Source: an uncultured virus (IMG/VR IMGVR_UViG_3300023117_001979) (lineage: Duplodnaviria; Heunggongvirae; Uroviricota; Caudoviricetes). From it: a stretch of 64,000 bases of DNA. Of this stretch, positions 9,731 through 19,163 are shown one piece after another (positions within the stretch are counted from its first letter, which is position 1; each line of letters opens with the position of its first letter). The notes beneath the pieces are model-generated. The model had not been told where the DNA came from, made no database searches, and was given only the letters and a program-made list of their open reading frames with translations. The translations under genes and the position numbers were made by a program. Location of the stretch: the IMG/VR virus record IMGVR_UViG_3300023117_001979. The stretch is one strand, 5' to 3'.

Positions 9731-10577
9731 TATGACGCAACATGAATATTTACTAAACCAATACAAGCCTCCTATTGGGGCTGAGCTTCCATATCCGGTT
9801 GACTCTCAGTTTCTAAATACAGTAAATGACCCATGGGAATTTCAGCCTGGCTACAATAAAACTGAACCAACTCCTACTGATAAAACTCTATGGGCACAAA
9901 GCGGCAACGATGTAGCGGCATACAAGACAGCATTCGTTAAGAAGTATGGTGCATTTAAGCTTCCTTTCATCGAGTCAACCATGATGGTCTCTCCTATCGA
10001 ATGGAAGACTGGTTATAGCGACGAGACCTCACAAGCCCTTACTCAGCTTGGACTAATGCAAGGAGAGGCAATAAAAATCAAAGATTCTATTGGAGTAATC
10101 AATAGCTCGATTCAACAGCTAGAGGGCCTTCTGTATGGGGTTCAGAAGGACCTAGTAAGTAAAAGAAGGCTTAGAAAAAACCGAGAATACATTGACTTGG
10201 CGCTAAAGGAAGCTCCTGAGATTGTCACTACTCTTGATAGTGATATTGATTCCTTAGAGAGTCTAGAGCTAGCTTATGGAAACCAACTGGCTCAACTCAA
10301 GGTCGATGCAAGGGTGCTAAACCAAGAGCTCAGTAGGATTCTCAATCAATACATGGACAACGCAGCCAAGCTGAATATCAATGACAACTTTGCTGCCGAA
10401 TTGAAGAAGGCCAGCGGTAGTGGGACAATAAGAGGAGCTGTGTTTGGTAGCTTGGGTGGTGTACTTGCTACTGGAGCTTTGGTATTTTTGATTGCTCAAT
10501 CTCGCCGCTCTCCCCGAAGAGTACGAAGTACTGCACGAGGAGCAAATGGCTTGTTCCTCAGAGCACCTAGGCCCTGA
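9699..10577 (+). CDS. coiled-coil protein with C-terminal TM anchor (start probably ATG 9732)
   Basis: Heptad-rich middle, GAVFGSLGGVLATGALVFLIA TM, Arg-rich tail. Confidence 0.7.
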   Translation: MDGVVVSGVSSMTQHEYLLNQYKPPIGAELPYPVDSQFLNTVNDPWEFQPGYNKTEPTPTDKTLWAQSGNDVAAYKTAFVKKYGAFKLPFIESTMMVSPIEWKTGYSDETSQALTQLGLMQGEAIKIKDSIGVINSSIQQLEGLLYGVQKDLVSKRRLRKNREYIDLALKEAPEIVTTLDSDIDSLESLELAYGNQLAQLKVDARVLNQELSRILNQYMDNAAKLNINDNFAAELKKASGSGTIRGAVFGSLGGVLATGALVFLIAQSRRSPRRVRSTARGANGLFLRAPRP

Positions 10578-11169
10578 AGCGACCTTCGTGTGTCTTGATG
10601 ATATTACGCACCTTTTGGTTAGAAAGGTTGACTCGTTGAGCAATCAAGGAGATAGGAAGGTCATTACCCTTCATAGTGAAAATTTGCTGAACAATAGGCC
10701 ACTGCTCATTAGCGACTAAGTTTCGATTTTCGTCATAGGTCATACCAAATGGTGGCCGACCTCCTTTCTTTTGTTTCATTCCTACTCTAATGGATTTTGA
10801 ACGAAGTCGTGAATAGTACTTAGATGAGTCTGCTATAACTTTGAGAGTTGCAATATTAATTTCTTCATAGTCCATAGTCGCAACAGCAATTGGGATTTTT
10901 TTAGTACCTAGGATTGCTAATTGGTCAGCAAGAATCGCACCTTTTCCGTGCCATTTTGCTATGTCATGAAAAATGACACCTGTCAGATTGTTATTATGGG
11001 CTAAAACCATCAAGTCATCCCAAGATTTCCCCTTTCCATATCCTTCGGAAAACAATTTCAACTCTTCTGTCCACCCGATGCTTCGAGCCTTTTCAATGCA
11101 AACTGGTAGCATTTCATCAACATCACCTGGGGCATCATGCGGCTTCCACAAAAATACTGCTTTCATCAA
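10567..11169 (-). CDS. resolvase/serine-recombinase-fold protein, probably catalytically inactive
   Basis: Resolvase-like helix E (SRLRSKSIRVGM), GGRPPFG, IVQQIF and C-terminal HTH. The N-terminal YxRxS catalytic motif is replaced by FLWKP. Confidence 0.6.
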   Translation of the reverse strand: MMKAVFLWKPHDAPGDVDEMLPVCIEKARSIGWTEELKLFSEGYGKGKSWDDLMVLAHNNNLTGVIFHDIAKWHGKGAILADQLAILGTKKIPIAVATMDYEEINIATLKVIADSSKYYSRLRSKSIRVGMKQKKGGRPPFGMTYDENRNLVANEQWPIVQQIFTMKGNDLPISLIAQRVNLSNQKVRNIIKTHEGRFRA

Positions 11170-11405
11170 ATATCACCTATCTGTACTTTCCAATAGTAAA
11201 AAAGAGCAACCATAGCTAAAATTACGAACATGATAAACTGAGTCACATGGTCTAGTAAGTAATTGTAGCCACTAACATAGATATAGTCCCAACCCAAGCC
11301 TTCTGTTGATGTTACGAAAGAAATTAGCCCAGCGATTGTGAGCAACCAAAAGAAAATAGAACGAATCATGTGGGTGTCCCATCCAAAATAAGGGTCCCAC
11401 ACCAT
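11166..11405 (-). CDS. small membrane protein (2 TM)
   Basis: 79 aa, two hydrophobic helices. Confidence 0.6.
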   Translation of the reverse strand: MVWDPYFGWDTHMIRSIFFWLLTIAGLISFVTSTEGLGWDYIYVSGYNYLLDHVTQFIMFVILAMVALFYYWKVQIGDI

Positions 11406-11407
11406 TC

Positions 11408-12343
11408 TTATTTTCCTCCAAAGTGAGCTTTACATTCGTCTTTAAAATCACAAAGATGACCACACCAACCGTAGTTAGTTGGTTCCCTGCAAGGCCACGG
11501 CTTGAAGCCCTTGTAGTCATTGTGAAGGTCCGTATCACGGACAAATGAGCGAAGCTGGTTGACGAGCGCATCATACTGGACCTGTGTCCTTACAGTCTTG
11601 GCACGGTAAGGAACCGATGCTTTAGGATTGTTCTTACGAACCCCGCTACCAGTAAAAATTTCTTCTTTAGGGATGACGATGTAGTCAAATTCAGTTGGTT
11701 TGCCGGTCAAATAGCCGTAAGCAGTGGCTTGTACTTGTCCATCAGCCTTGTCATCGGACCAGCCCCAACGAGGGTTAGGGTTAGAAGTCTTTAGGTCAGC
11801 TAACTTTGCAACAGGGCCATTTACATCAATTACCCAATCAATATAGCCACGAACATAGGTTTCAGGACCGCCTTCAGGCCCCCAATCAACTTGGCGGATA
11901 GCATCAACTTCGGTTTCAGTAACGGTCTTTGGGTCGAAGCCATCAATAGTACCGCCATCTTTTACCGTGTCATAGAATCCTTGAAACCAATGCATTGACT
12001 CTTCAAGAGCCTGCTGCTTTTGGTTATCAGTCATCTCATAGCCTTTCTTACTAAGAACAATTCCTTGAGCCCTGTCGATTTGGTCATCCCAAGCCATTTC
12101 AGCCATTAACTGATAATATTCGACTTCTCTAACTGTCCCCTTTGCCAAGTCGTTTAGCAAATGCTCAACGCCAGCGTGTACGGCGGTTCCTTGAGGTAGC
12201 CAAACTTTGCCAGCTTTCTTAATACCGAGAACATAGCGAAACCAAAAGGCCGCTGAACACTTAGACCATAGACTAAGTTTTGAAGGGCTGATGTGATTCT
12301 TTTCCCAGCGTAGCCCGTCTGCTCGCTTAAACAAATCAGCCAT
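11408..12343 (-). CDS. PD-(D/E)XK nuclease, Cas4/AddB/RecB-like
   Basis: HISPSKL..W.KC, GTAVH, RGYIDW, LADLKTS, Q.TAY, and C-terminal C...WCGHLCDFKDEC cysteine cluster. Confidence 0.85.
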   Translation of the reverse strand: MADLFKRADGLRWEKNHISPSKLSLWSKCSAAFWFRYVLGIKKAGKVWLPQGTAVHAGVEHLLNDLAKGTVREVEYYQLMAEMAWDDQIDRAQGIVLSKKGYEMTDNQKQQALEESMHWFQGFYDTVKDGGTIDGFDPKTVTETEVDAIRQVDWGPEGGPETYVRGYIDWVIDVNGPVAKLADLKTSNPNPRWGWSDDKADGQVQATAYGYLTGKPTEFDYIVIPKEEIFTGSGVRKNNPKASVPYRAKTVRTQVQYDALVNQLRSFVRDTDLHNDYKGFKPWPCREPTNYGWCGHLCDFKDECKAHFGGK

Positions 12344-12491
12344 TCAGCTCACCCGTCTGACTGCTCGCAAGCGTGTAGCCAATTGTAGTCAAGCCTTTGA
12401 TTTGACCAGCAAACTCCGCCAATTCTTTCTTAGTGCTAAAGGCGATTGTCGAAACAATAGCCCCGTTTTTTACGATGTGTAGTAACTTCAT
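12336..12491 (-). CDS. small hypothetical protein (51 aa, not in ORF track)
   Basis: Manual translation MKLLHIVKNGAIVSTIAFSTKKELAEFAGQIKGLTTIGYTLASSQTGELNG; its stop overlaps the start of the nuclease gene. Confidence 0.5.
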   Translation of the reverse strand: MKLLHIVKNGAIVSTIAFSTKKELAEFAGQIKGLTTIGYTLASSQTGELNG

Positions 12492-12547
12492 ATTCATACG
12501 GTTTCCTCATATCTGCCAGCTTCGCGCAGAATATAAAGGTACCCTTT

Positions 12548-13012
12548 CTATTGCTTATGTTGGTTGCAATACTGCTCTCCGGCCTTAGGGGTGCGGCCAC
12601 ATTGTCGACCACTTTTGTTAAGCCCCTGACAGCGGGACTCGTCATAGACTAGCTCATCGCTCTCATAGGTGTACACTTCAGGCTCTTCTTCAGCCATCAC
12701 TTCTTCGATTACATCCTCTTGCTCTTCAGGAGTCAATTCAACGGGTTCTTCAGGAGCATTGTCTGTGAAAATTTCCGCTTCAGGCACTCCATCCATTTCT
12801 GCGAACCCATCAAGAAAATCAGTTGCTACCTCATCGTCGGGGTATTCAAAGACTTCATCGTTTGTTAATGTGGAAGTCATAATAGGGTCGTCAGATGGGA
12901 ATGCAATTTCCTCTAGGGCTGTGATTAGATTACGGGCGTAGTGCCAAAATAAAACAACATACAAACCTAAGAGGGCAAGAATGCCTGTTAAGACTTCTTC
13001 GTTTTCAAACAA
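12548..13012 (-). CDS. N-terminal TM, acidic linker, C-terminal Cys/His zinc knuckle protein
   Basis: CQGLNKSGRQC...YCNQH at the C-terminus. Confidence 0.65.
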   Translation of the reverse strand: MFENEEVLTGILALLGLYVVLFWHYARNLITALEEIAFPSDDPIMTSTLTNDEVFEYPDDEVATDFLDGFAEMDGVPEAEIFTDNAPEEPVELTPEEQEDVIEEVMAEEEPEVYTYESDELVYDESRCQGLNKSGRQCGRTPKAGEQYCNQHKQ

Positions 13013-13190
13013 GTTTCATCCTCTCCTCTTGTTGGTTTTCTAAAGTTGACAAAAAAGCGTCAAGAATGCCAGGAGCAATTTCTCCATTCATGTATTGGCG
13101 ACTCCTCTTTGTCAAGTCCTTTAGTATTATACGATAGTGGTTGCACCACCATTCCAATTGTTTCTTTTCAAATTCTTTCAATTCATTCAT
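13005..13190 (-). CDS. hypothetical protein
   Basis: Abuts neighbouring minus-strand genes. Confidence 0.55.
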   Translation of the reverse strand: MNELKEFEKKQLEWWCNHYRIILKDLTKRSRQYMNGEIAPGILDAFLSTLENQQEERMKLV

Positions 13191-13414
13191 TAATAGCCCT
13201 CCATTTCTTTTATTTCTTCTCTTATTTCTTTGTGTTCTGCTTTCATATCTTCGATTTCCTCGCGCAATTCTTCTAAGCTATCCCGTTCAGCCAATAAAGC
13301 GGCTTTGCGACGGGTATATTCATCTATCTTTGCTCTAATTTTAGACGAAAGGGTCCACTCTTTTGAGCGTAGCCCGGACAAAGTTACCTTAGGCATGTGA
13401 TAAACTAGCTTCAT
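13190..13414 (-). CDS. small coiled-coil protein
   Basis: 74 aa, charged heptads. Confidence 0.6.
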   Translation of the reverse strand: MKLVYHMPKVTLSGLRSKEWTLSSKIRAKIDEYTRRKAALLAERDSLEELREEIEDMKAEHKEIREEIKEMEGY

Positions 13415-13433
13415 GGTGAATATAAAACTAATT

Positions 13434-13670
13434 TCAGCAGTCAGCGTATAGCGTTTCCATCAATTCCTTATCTCGGTCTGCATAAAAAATTTCATGCTCG
13501 CAACCATAGCAAATGGTTTTGTTACCGCGCATGACTAAGAAGTCTTGATTACTTTCATCGCAAAGCTCGCACTTCGACACCGACTCACTTCCTGTTAGAC
13601 AGAAATTGCATTCGTGCTTCGCCCTGCTCAATGGTCGCTTGTGGCGGCGGAAGCATGGGCATAAAGTCAT
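13434..13670 (-). CDS. small Cys-rich (zinc-binding) protein
   Basis: Four CxC/CxxC pairs. Confidence 0.5.
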   Translation of the reverse strand: MTLCPCFRRHKRPLSRAKHECNFCLTGSESVSKCELCDESNQDFLVMRGNKTICYGCEHEIFYADRDKELMETLYADC

Positions 13671-14279
13671 TCAAAGTTAGGGCTTTAATAGCGGGGTTGG
13701 GCAGTTTTGATTGCATGGAGTTAACGCTAACTGAGGGAAGCTTATCAACATTACTACTGACTCCGATTCTCCCATTCAAACCTCTTATTGGCCATTTTCG
13801 ATGCATCGGAAGCATGTTTCTTTCGACGACTTATATAGTGCTTAATTGCTAAATCTCGGCAAGGAAAGCATACGGCATATACGCCGAATACACTGGCCGC
13901 CCCACCGCAAATATCACATGGCTTTGTTCCCATGTTCCGACTTAGCTTCACTTTGAACAAGAAGGAATCGGTCAGATTATATCTTAGATACTCTTAGCTC
14001 AGTTTTGCGAAATATAGAATTCTGGAGAGTTTATTTCTGAATATTCCTACTAGTTTACTATCTGACATATGTCAGTTTGAAAAACAACGCACCTTTATTT
14101 TTTAGTGGACAATTATTTTTTCTCAAATTTATTTTTAGACTACTAAAAACGCTATACTGAACTTTGTATCAAATGTAAAAATTATTTTAATTTTAAGAAT
14201 ACTGACCTCGCCCCCCTTGGCGAGCTAAGTAAAAAAAGTAAAACTAAACATTAAACTAATGCAGTGTTGCGTTTTTTTC

Positions 14280-14579
14280 TTATTCTTCTTCTAATAAAAC
14301 GCCCACCACTCGATAAACTGATGACGGATAACGCTTGTTTATGCCTTTACTGAACCTTAAGTCCACAATTTCGATGAAATTTTCTTTCCTTAAGCGGTTC
14401 AAAGCCCCAGTAACAGTTTGCACAGTAATATTCCAGCGATAGTACGACCACATTTCTTTTTTGACATGTGGCAGCAAGTCACGAGCAGTAAAAGTTTCAT
14501 TTCCTTTCTTTATAACTGCATTCTTCGCAGCTTTGTACACTCGGCGTCGCTGGGCTAGAATATATTCTGAATCAGGCAT
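14280..14579 (-). CDS. winged-helix DNA-binding protein (start reassigned to MPDSEY)
   Basis: FTARDLL...TVQTVTGALNRLRKENFIEIV...SVYRV is a typical wHTH pattern. Confidence 0.6.
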   Translation of the reverse strand: MPDSEYILAQRRRVYKAAKNAVIKKGNETFTARDLLPHVKKEMWSYYRWNITVQTVTGALNRLRKENFIEIVDLRFSKGINKRYPSSVYRVVGVLLEEE

Positions 14580-14580
14580 T

Positions 14581-14808
14581 TTACTCACCCATATGGTAAC
14601 CACAGTACTTTTTCGAGCCAAACTTTCTCCAGTGCTTACAAGGCTTTTGTCCATATACACCAAATTTACTAGAAGCATGACACTTGTATTCTTCCGGTGG
14701 TTTTGTATTACGCCTGCAATAAGCACACACTGGATAGAAGCCTTTTTGCTCATACGAGCTTCTTAGGACATTGAATCGCTTATCACAAATTAAACATAGA
14801 AACTTCAT
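14581..14808 (-). CDS. small zinc-finger protein
   Basis: CxxC pairs plus C..C..CxxH. Confidence 0.55.
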   Translation of the reverse strand: MKFLCLICDKRFNVLRSSYEQKGFYPVCAYCRRNTKPPEEYKCHASSKFGVYGQKPCKHWRKFGSKKYCGYHMGE

Positions 14809-15015
14809 TTACTCACTGTCCCAGCTTTCCCAGTTATTGGTTACTGGCTCGTGCGTTTCTTCTTCGGGATATTTGTCAGCCGTATATTGCTTAGTAATCT
14901 GAGTCAAGACTAAGGTATTCAATCGCCCTATGGCGTTTGCCTTAGCGTTAATACGAATGACTACCCAAAAGGTAGCTAGAGAAATCAAAGCTGAAAAAAG
15001 ACCCCAATCAATCAT
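14809..15015 (-). CDS. small membrane protein
   Basis: N-terminal TM, GGAGGT RBS. Confidence 0.55.
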   Translation of the reverse strand: MIDWGLFSALISLATFWVVIRINAKANAIGRLNTLVLTQITKQYTADKYPEEETHEPVTNNWESWDSE

Positions 15016-15470
15016 GGGTCAACCTCCAAATAACAATCGAGACACTTGATATTGGTTACTACGACTGCCTTTGCGCGTTGCTCATCACGGCTAAATGGTG
15101 AAAGGGTCCAATGGTTGCGAACCCCTGTGAATTTGACCGCGTAATTACAAATGCGCTCAGACGCCCCCATAATACAATCAATACGGACTCTTCGTTCTAG
15201 GTTAGTGCAAATACAACCTCTTTCGATAATGCATTCCTTACACATAACACGCTCTTCTGTATCGTTTTCAACTTCGCCATCACAGTCTTTGCACATAAAC
15301 AAAGCACAATTCTTAGAAGTGCAATCTCCGATTAAGTGTTGGCCTTCATAGCCAGCATAATGAGGACACCAACAATCGCAGCTATCGCTTGAGTTATGGC
15401 CGCAGACTAGCTTTGGGTCATGATAGTCGTCATAAGACGACCAGCTCCAGTTGTCAGGATAATTTCTCAT
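15012..15470 (-). CDS. Cys-rich hypothetical protein
   Basis: 152 aa, multiple CxxC, AGGAGA RBS. Confidence 0.6.
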   Translation of the reverse strand: MRNYPDNWSWSSYDDYHDPKLVCGHNSSDSCDCWCPHYAGYEGQHLIGDCTSKNCALFMCKDCDGEVENDTEERVMCKECIIERGCICTNLERRVRIDCIMGASERICNYAVKFTGVRNHWTLSPFSRDEQRAKAVVVTNIKCLDCYLEVDP

Positions 15471-15745
15471 TTGAATATCTCCTTATGTCCACAGGTGTCG
15501 CAACCTAGCACCGAGCCTTTGTAGCTAACCCTAGAAGCATAGCTACCACCCTGCTTTATTTTTATCGCTTGAAGTTTTCCGTTGGAACAAGCAGGGCACT
15601 TTACAGTCATCGCATCGCCTCCTCAGACCCCCGTCAAGTGTTTCAGATTGGCCAGGCATTTGAAGCAGTGAACCTCTTTGGTGAAGTTATCACAACCCTC
15701 TGTTGCACATGGTGTAGAAATTGCACCGCACATCACTCTTCCTCC

Positions 15746-17479
15746 TCAATCACCTTCTAGCTTCAAGTTATCATAGAGGTAGCCCGCGAGCTCGTCACAG
15801 CGCTCTTTGATAGTAGCCGTAGTCCAGGCGATATGTCGCTTAGCGGTAATCTCTTTGTTTATTTTCAAGTCCGATTCTGCAAACACAGGCGCCTTGATAG
15901 CCCACCCTTTGTTGCCGATAGACATGTTTGACTTATCCAAAAGCAGTGTTAGGTTTCCGAGGTTGTTGAGCTTCGAGTTGTGTTCATCCCAATTGATGTG
16001 GCTCCAAGCTTGTTCATTTGCATAGGCCTTTGGGGTGATGTGTTCGACATGGTTCATGTCGTTAGCGCTTAGTCCCGGAGACTTATAGCCTTCGATTTTC
16101 CTTAGCAAAAATCGTGCCTGGTGGGTATTCAAGTCGTTTCGGTGGCGGAGGTTGTTTAGGAAAGTGTCTTTGCTGGCACTCTTGAAGGTTCGAGCCCTTT
16201 GCTTGATTGCTTGTACAGCGTCATTAGCGTTGCCGCTGGTCCACATCAAGTGAGCCCAGCGAACATACTCCGTCTTTAGGCCGTTAGCATCTTCCATACC
16301 AGCAAGCTTCGCATGGATATGAACAAACTCGATACAGGAGTAAAGCACCTTGCGGTGTGTCCTTCCTAGTACGGTATTGCTACCGGTGGCTTTCCAGGCA
16401 GCTAAGAGAGGAGCGAATTGATTTGATACGCGCATCTCAACAAGGTCGTTGTGACGGCCATCACCTGCTCGCTTATACTTCCATTCAGACCATTCTTCAC
16501 TAAAGTGGTCTAGCTCTTTGAAAATTTTCTCCCCAACATTAGAAGAACGGCTGAGGGGAGAAAGCATCTCTTCCCAGTGTGAAATGAGCCCTGACGAGGA
16601 AATCATCCTTCCTGTCTTTGCCTTGTAATAGTCGCCAAGCATGTAGCCGATTTCTTGTGGTTTCTGCTGGCAACGAGTATCAAAGTTGCCCCATAGCCCC
16701 ATGAACCGAGCTTCGTCGATTCCACGAGCAGTGAAAAACTCCATTAATGCTACTTTGACTAGGTCGGAAGCATCCAAATCCTTACCACGGCTGTTATGGG
16801 CCTTGAACATAATGAATGCCTCATTGAGTGAATCACAAGTAACCGAAGAAACATGTGAGTGGGCAAGCATATCCAGGTACCACCTCACGGCTTTCCTCTT
16901 TGCCTTCTCTTCATCATTATGGGGAGCTATCTCAGCTTGATACGCCTCTTCGATTGCTGCTAGTAGCCAGCGGTAACTTTTGTGAAGCCGGGGAAGACTT
17001 GGTCCCATAGCGTTACATTCAAAGTCAGGGTTGACTATCTCCATCAGTGAGGTTTCATCAAGTGCGTTAGACGAATGAATGAAGGGGCGTTGCTCATGAC
17101 GGTCCCAAAGAAGCTCCCGCGCATCTCTCCAATCGTCTTCCATTCCGTGGGTCTTGAAAAAATCTCTAAAGGCAGCTATCAAGGCAACGAAGGTAAGTGT
17201 CCTTTGCTGACCATCAATGAGGTCTAGCCGGTTTCCATTTGCATAAAGAATAGAGTTACCAAAATAGTGAACCCGTTGTGGGTTGTTATTCTTCATATGA
17301 AATACATGCTCGGTGAGGTCGCTCCATAGCGCCATTACTTCGTCATTACCCCAATCATAGCGGCGTTGAAAGCTAGGAATGTACAATGACTTCCTTTCAA
17401 TGAATTCCTTGATAGTGTTGCCCTTCGGGTCTTGTGGTGCGGTTCGTGTCATTGTGAAGCCTCCTTTGGTTTCAAACAA
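15746..17479 (-). CDS. gmrSD: GmrSD-like type IV restriction protein (DUF262 + DUF1524 HNH); start probably ATG 17452
   Basis: IPSFQRRYDW, IDGQQR, F...NSRG..L (DUF262); VEHITP, LGNLTLL...N (DUF1524). Confidence 0.88.
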   Translation of the reverse strand: MFETKGGFTMTRTAPQDPKGNTIKEFIERKSLYIPSFQRRYDWGNDEVMALWSDLTEHVFHMKNNNPQRVHYFGNSILYANGNRLDLIDGQQRTLTFVALIAAFRDFFKTHGMEDDWRDARELLWDRHEQRPFIHSSNALDETSLMEIVNPDFECNAMGPSLPRLHKSYRWLLAAIEEAYQAEIAPHNDEEKAKRKAVRWYLDMLAHSHVSSVTCDSLNEAFIMFKAHNSRGKDLDASDLVKVALMEFFTARGIDEARFMGLWGNFDTRCQQKPQEIGYMLGDYYKAKTGRMISSSGLISHWEEMLSPLSRSSNVGEKIFKELDHFSEEWSEWKYKRAGDGRHNDLVEMRVSNQFAPLLAAWKATGSNTVLGRTHRKVLYSCIEFVHIHAKLAGMEDANGLKTEYVRWAHLMWTSGNANDAVQAIKQRARTFKSASKDTFLNNLRHRNDLNTHQARFLLRKIEGYKSPGLSANDMNHVEHITPKAYANEQAWSHINWDEHNSKLNNLGNLTLLLDKSNMSIGNKGWAIKAPVFAESDLKINKEITAKRHIAWTTATIKERCDELAGYLYDNLKLEGD

Positions 17480-17734
17480 TCATCACATCGTTGCTGGGTT
17501 CCTTTTATTGTCGGTTGCGTGTATTTCTTTAGGCTCACATAGGTACCGCATTCGCGACACCATCGGCCAACTTCTGTTTTTATCTTCATTTTTATTCCTC
17601 CTCTTCGTTTAGAGAATCAAGGTCCCAGGGCTCGTGAGTATTGAGCCTAATGGGAAGGTAAGGTTCCTCAAAGGCATTAGCCATCATGCCAAACAGGAAA
17701 AGGATAATGACAAGCATGCAAAACAATTCTAAAC

Positions 17735-18094
17735 TCATTGAATACGCCTCCATTCGATAGGGCTTGAAGTGCCGTGCTTTACAAAGCATGGACTGACTTT
17801 GAGAATAAAATTCATGCCTTGTACATTAGGCAGGTGCTTAAGATTTCGATATGTACCTTCGCTTTGGCGACCGCCTATCCTTTGAATAGGGCCATTAGTA
17901 TCGGCTATTCGCCTAATAATTTCACGAGCTGTTACTATCTCGTCTAACTTGACTACTTCAAGCGCCCAAGGGATATACATTTCAGCAAGTCGCTGTGAGC
18001 GAGTTGGTCGTCGTGATTGTCCCATATGCAGCGATAAATAAGAGTAGGGTATAAACATTCCTTTCAGTAAGGGTAGGTTTTTGAAACCATGCAT
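17735..18094 (-). CDS. putative winged-helix protein (true start probably internal)
   Basis: IVTAREII...PNVQGMNFILK..P.F, similar in style to 31794..32105 and 53582..53827. Confidence 0.5.
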   Translation of the reverse strand: MHGFKNLPLLKGMFIPYSYLSLHMGQSRRPTRSQRLAEMYIPWALEVVKLDEIVTAREIIRRIADTNGPIQRIGGRQSEGTYRNLKHLPNVQGMNFILKVSPCFVKHGTSSPIEWRRIQ

Positions 18095-18140
18095 ACAAGT
18101 AATGGCGTTATCGGGTACTGAATAGAACCCCGTAGGAAAG

Positions 18141-18185
18141 GTGTATCATCGAGGTTTCTAATATCGGGGGGCCTCAACGATACAC
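18141..18185. repeat. 14-bp imperfect inverted repeat in the divergent intergenic region upstream of the recombinase
   Basis: GTGTATCATCGAGG (18141-18154) / CCTCAACGATACAC (18172-18185), 2 mismatches. Confidence 0.7.
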
Positions 18186-18215
18186 TTATACTCGCCCTGA
18201 AGCAGTAAATACACC

Positions 18216-19139
18216 ATGGAAACCCCCCATTATAGGGAGAAAATCGCCATTATTGCTCGTACAAGCACCCTGAAGCAAGAGAAGGGGCTGGAATCTCAGC
18301 TTGTAGCACTCAACTATGCCCTCGAAGCCGGGCTTTACCAAGAATACGACCTAATCACCCCTCCACCGCTAGGAAAGGATGGAGAACGAAAAGGTACCTT
18401 TTGGGAAAGGTACCCTTCCATTGAGGACAGCGATTTGAAAACCATGTTTGGGCATGGGGGCCAAGCTTGGTGTGTTGAGGATGTGTCAGGTTCTGTTTTC
18501 CATGCTCACCCTATCTATCTTGCTTGTCTTGACTATTGTAGGGAGAACAATATTCCTAATATTCTGTTTGAGCACTCTGACCGCCACTCTCGTGACACTG
18601 AAATGATTCTATCAGAAATTCGTCAGCGAAAGGCGGAGGGCATTTACTTCCATTACCTAAACTTCGGAGGTATGGACTTGTCCACCCCGGCTGGAAGGAT
18701 GATGCTTACTATGGGGGCTGCCTTTGCAGAATACTACCGTAATGATTTGAAATCAAAAACGATTCGTGGTATGAAGAACCTTGAGGAAAAAGGCATTTGG
18801 GCGGGGTCTCCACCATATGGGCTACGAGTCATCACCCAAAAAGAGGACAAAGAAAACTATGGGAAGCTGCTTTACAACCCAGCAGAAATGCGTTTTATTC
18901 TGGCGCTCTATGACCGCATTCTTCAACGACCAGGCATTTCTTATCGCCAGTTATCAAAGTGGGCTAATGACGATGGGTGGCGGACACGACGAGGTAAAAA
19001 CTGGACAGCTATGGGAATTCGGCGCATTATGACTTTCATGCTACCCTGGAAAGAAAATGGGGAAGATGATGATAACTGCGGGAAGTACTTCCTAAAAGAA
19101 ATGAGGGAAAACCCAAACCTAGATGGAGATAACTCTTAA
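18216..19139 (+). CDS. serine recombinase (resolvase + recombinase domain)
   Basis: IIARTST..Q catalytic Ser motif, DRHSRD, GRMMLTMGAAFAEY, G.WAGSPPYG, TRRGKNWT. Confidence 0.9.
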   Translation: METPHYREKIAIIARTSTLKQEKGLESQLVALNYALEAGLYQEYDLITPPPLGKDGERKGTFWERYPSIEDSDLKTMFGHGGQAWCVEDVSGSVFHAHPIYLACLDYCRENNIPNILFEHSDRHSRDTEMILSEIRQRKAEGIYFHYLNFGGMDLSTPAGRMMLTMGAAFAEYYRNDLKSKTIRGMKNLEEKGIWAGSPPYGLRVITQKEDKENYGKLLYNPAEMRFILALYDRILQRPGISYRQLSKWANDDGWRTRRGKNWTAMGIRRIMTFMLPWKENGEDDDNCGKYFLKEMRENPNLDGDNS

Positions 19140-19163
19140 GGGAATGTAGGAGGTACAAGTGTT

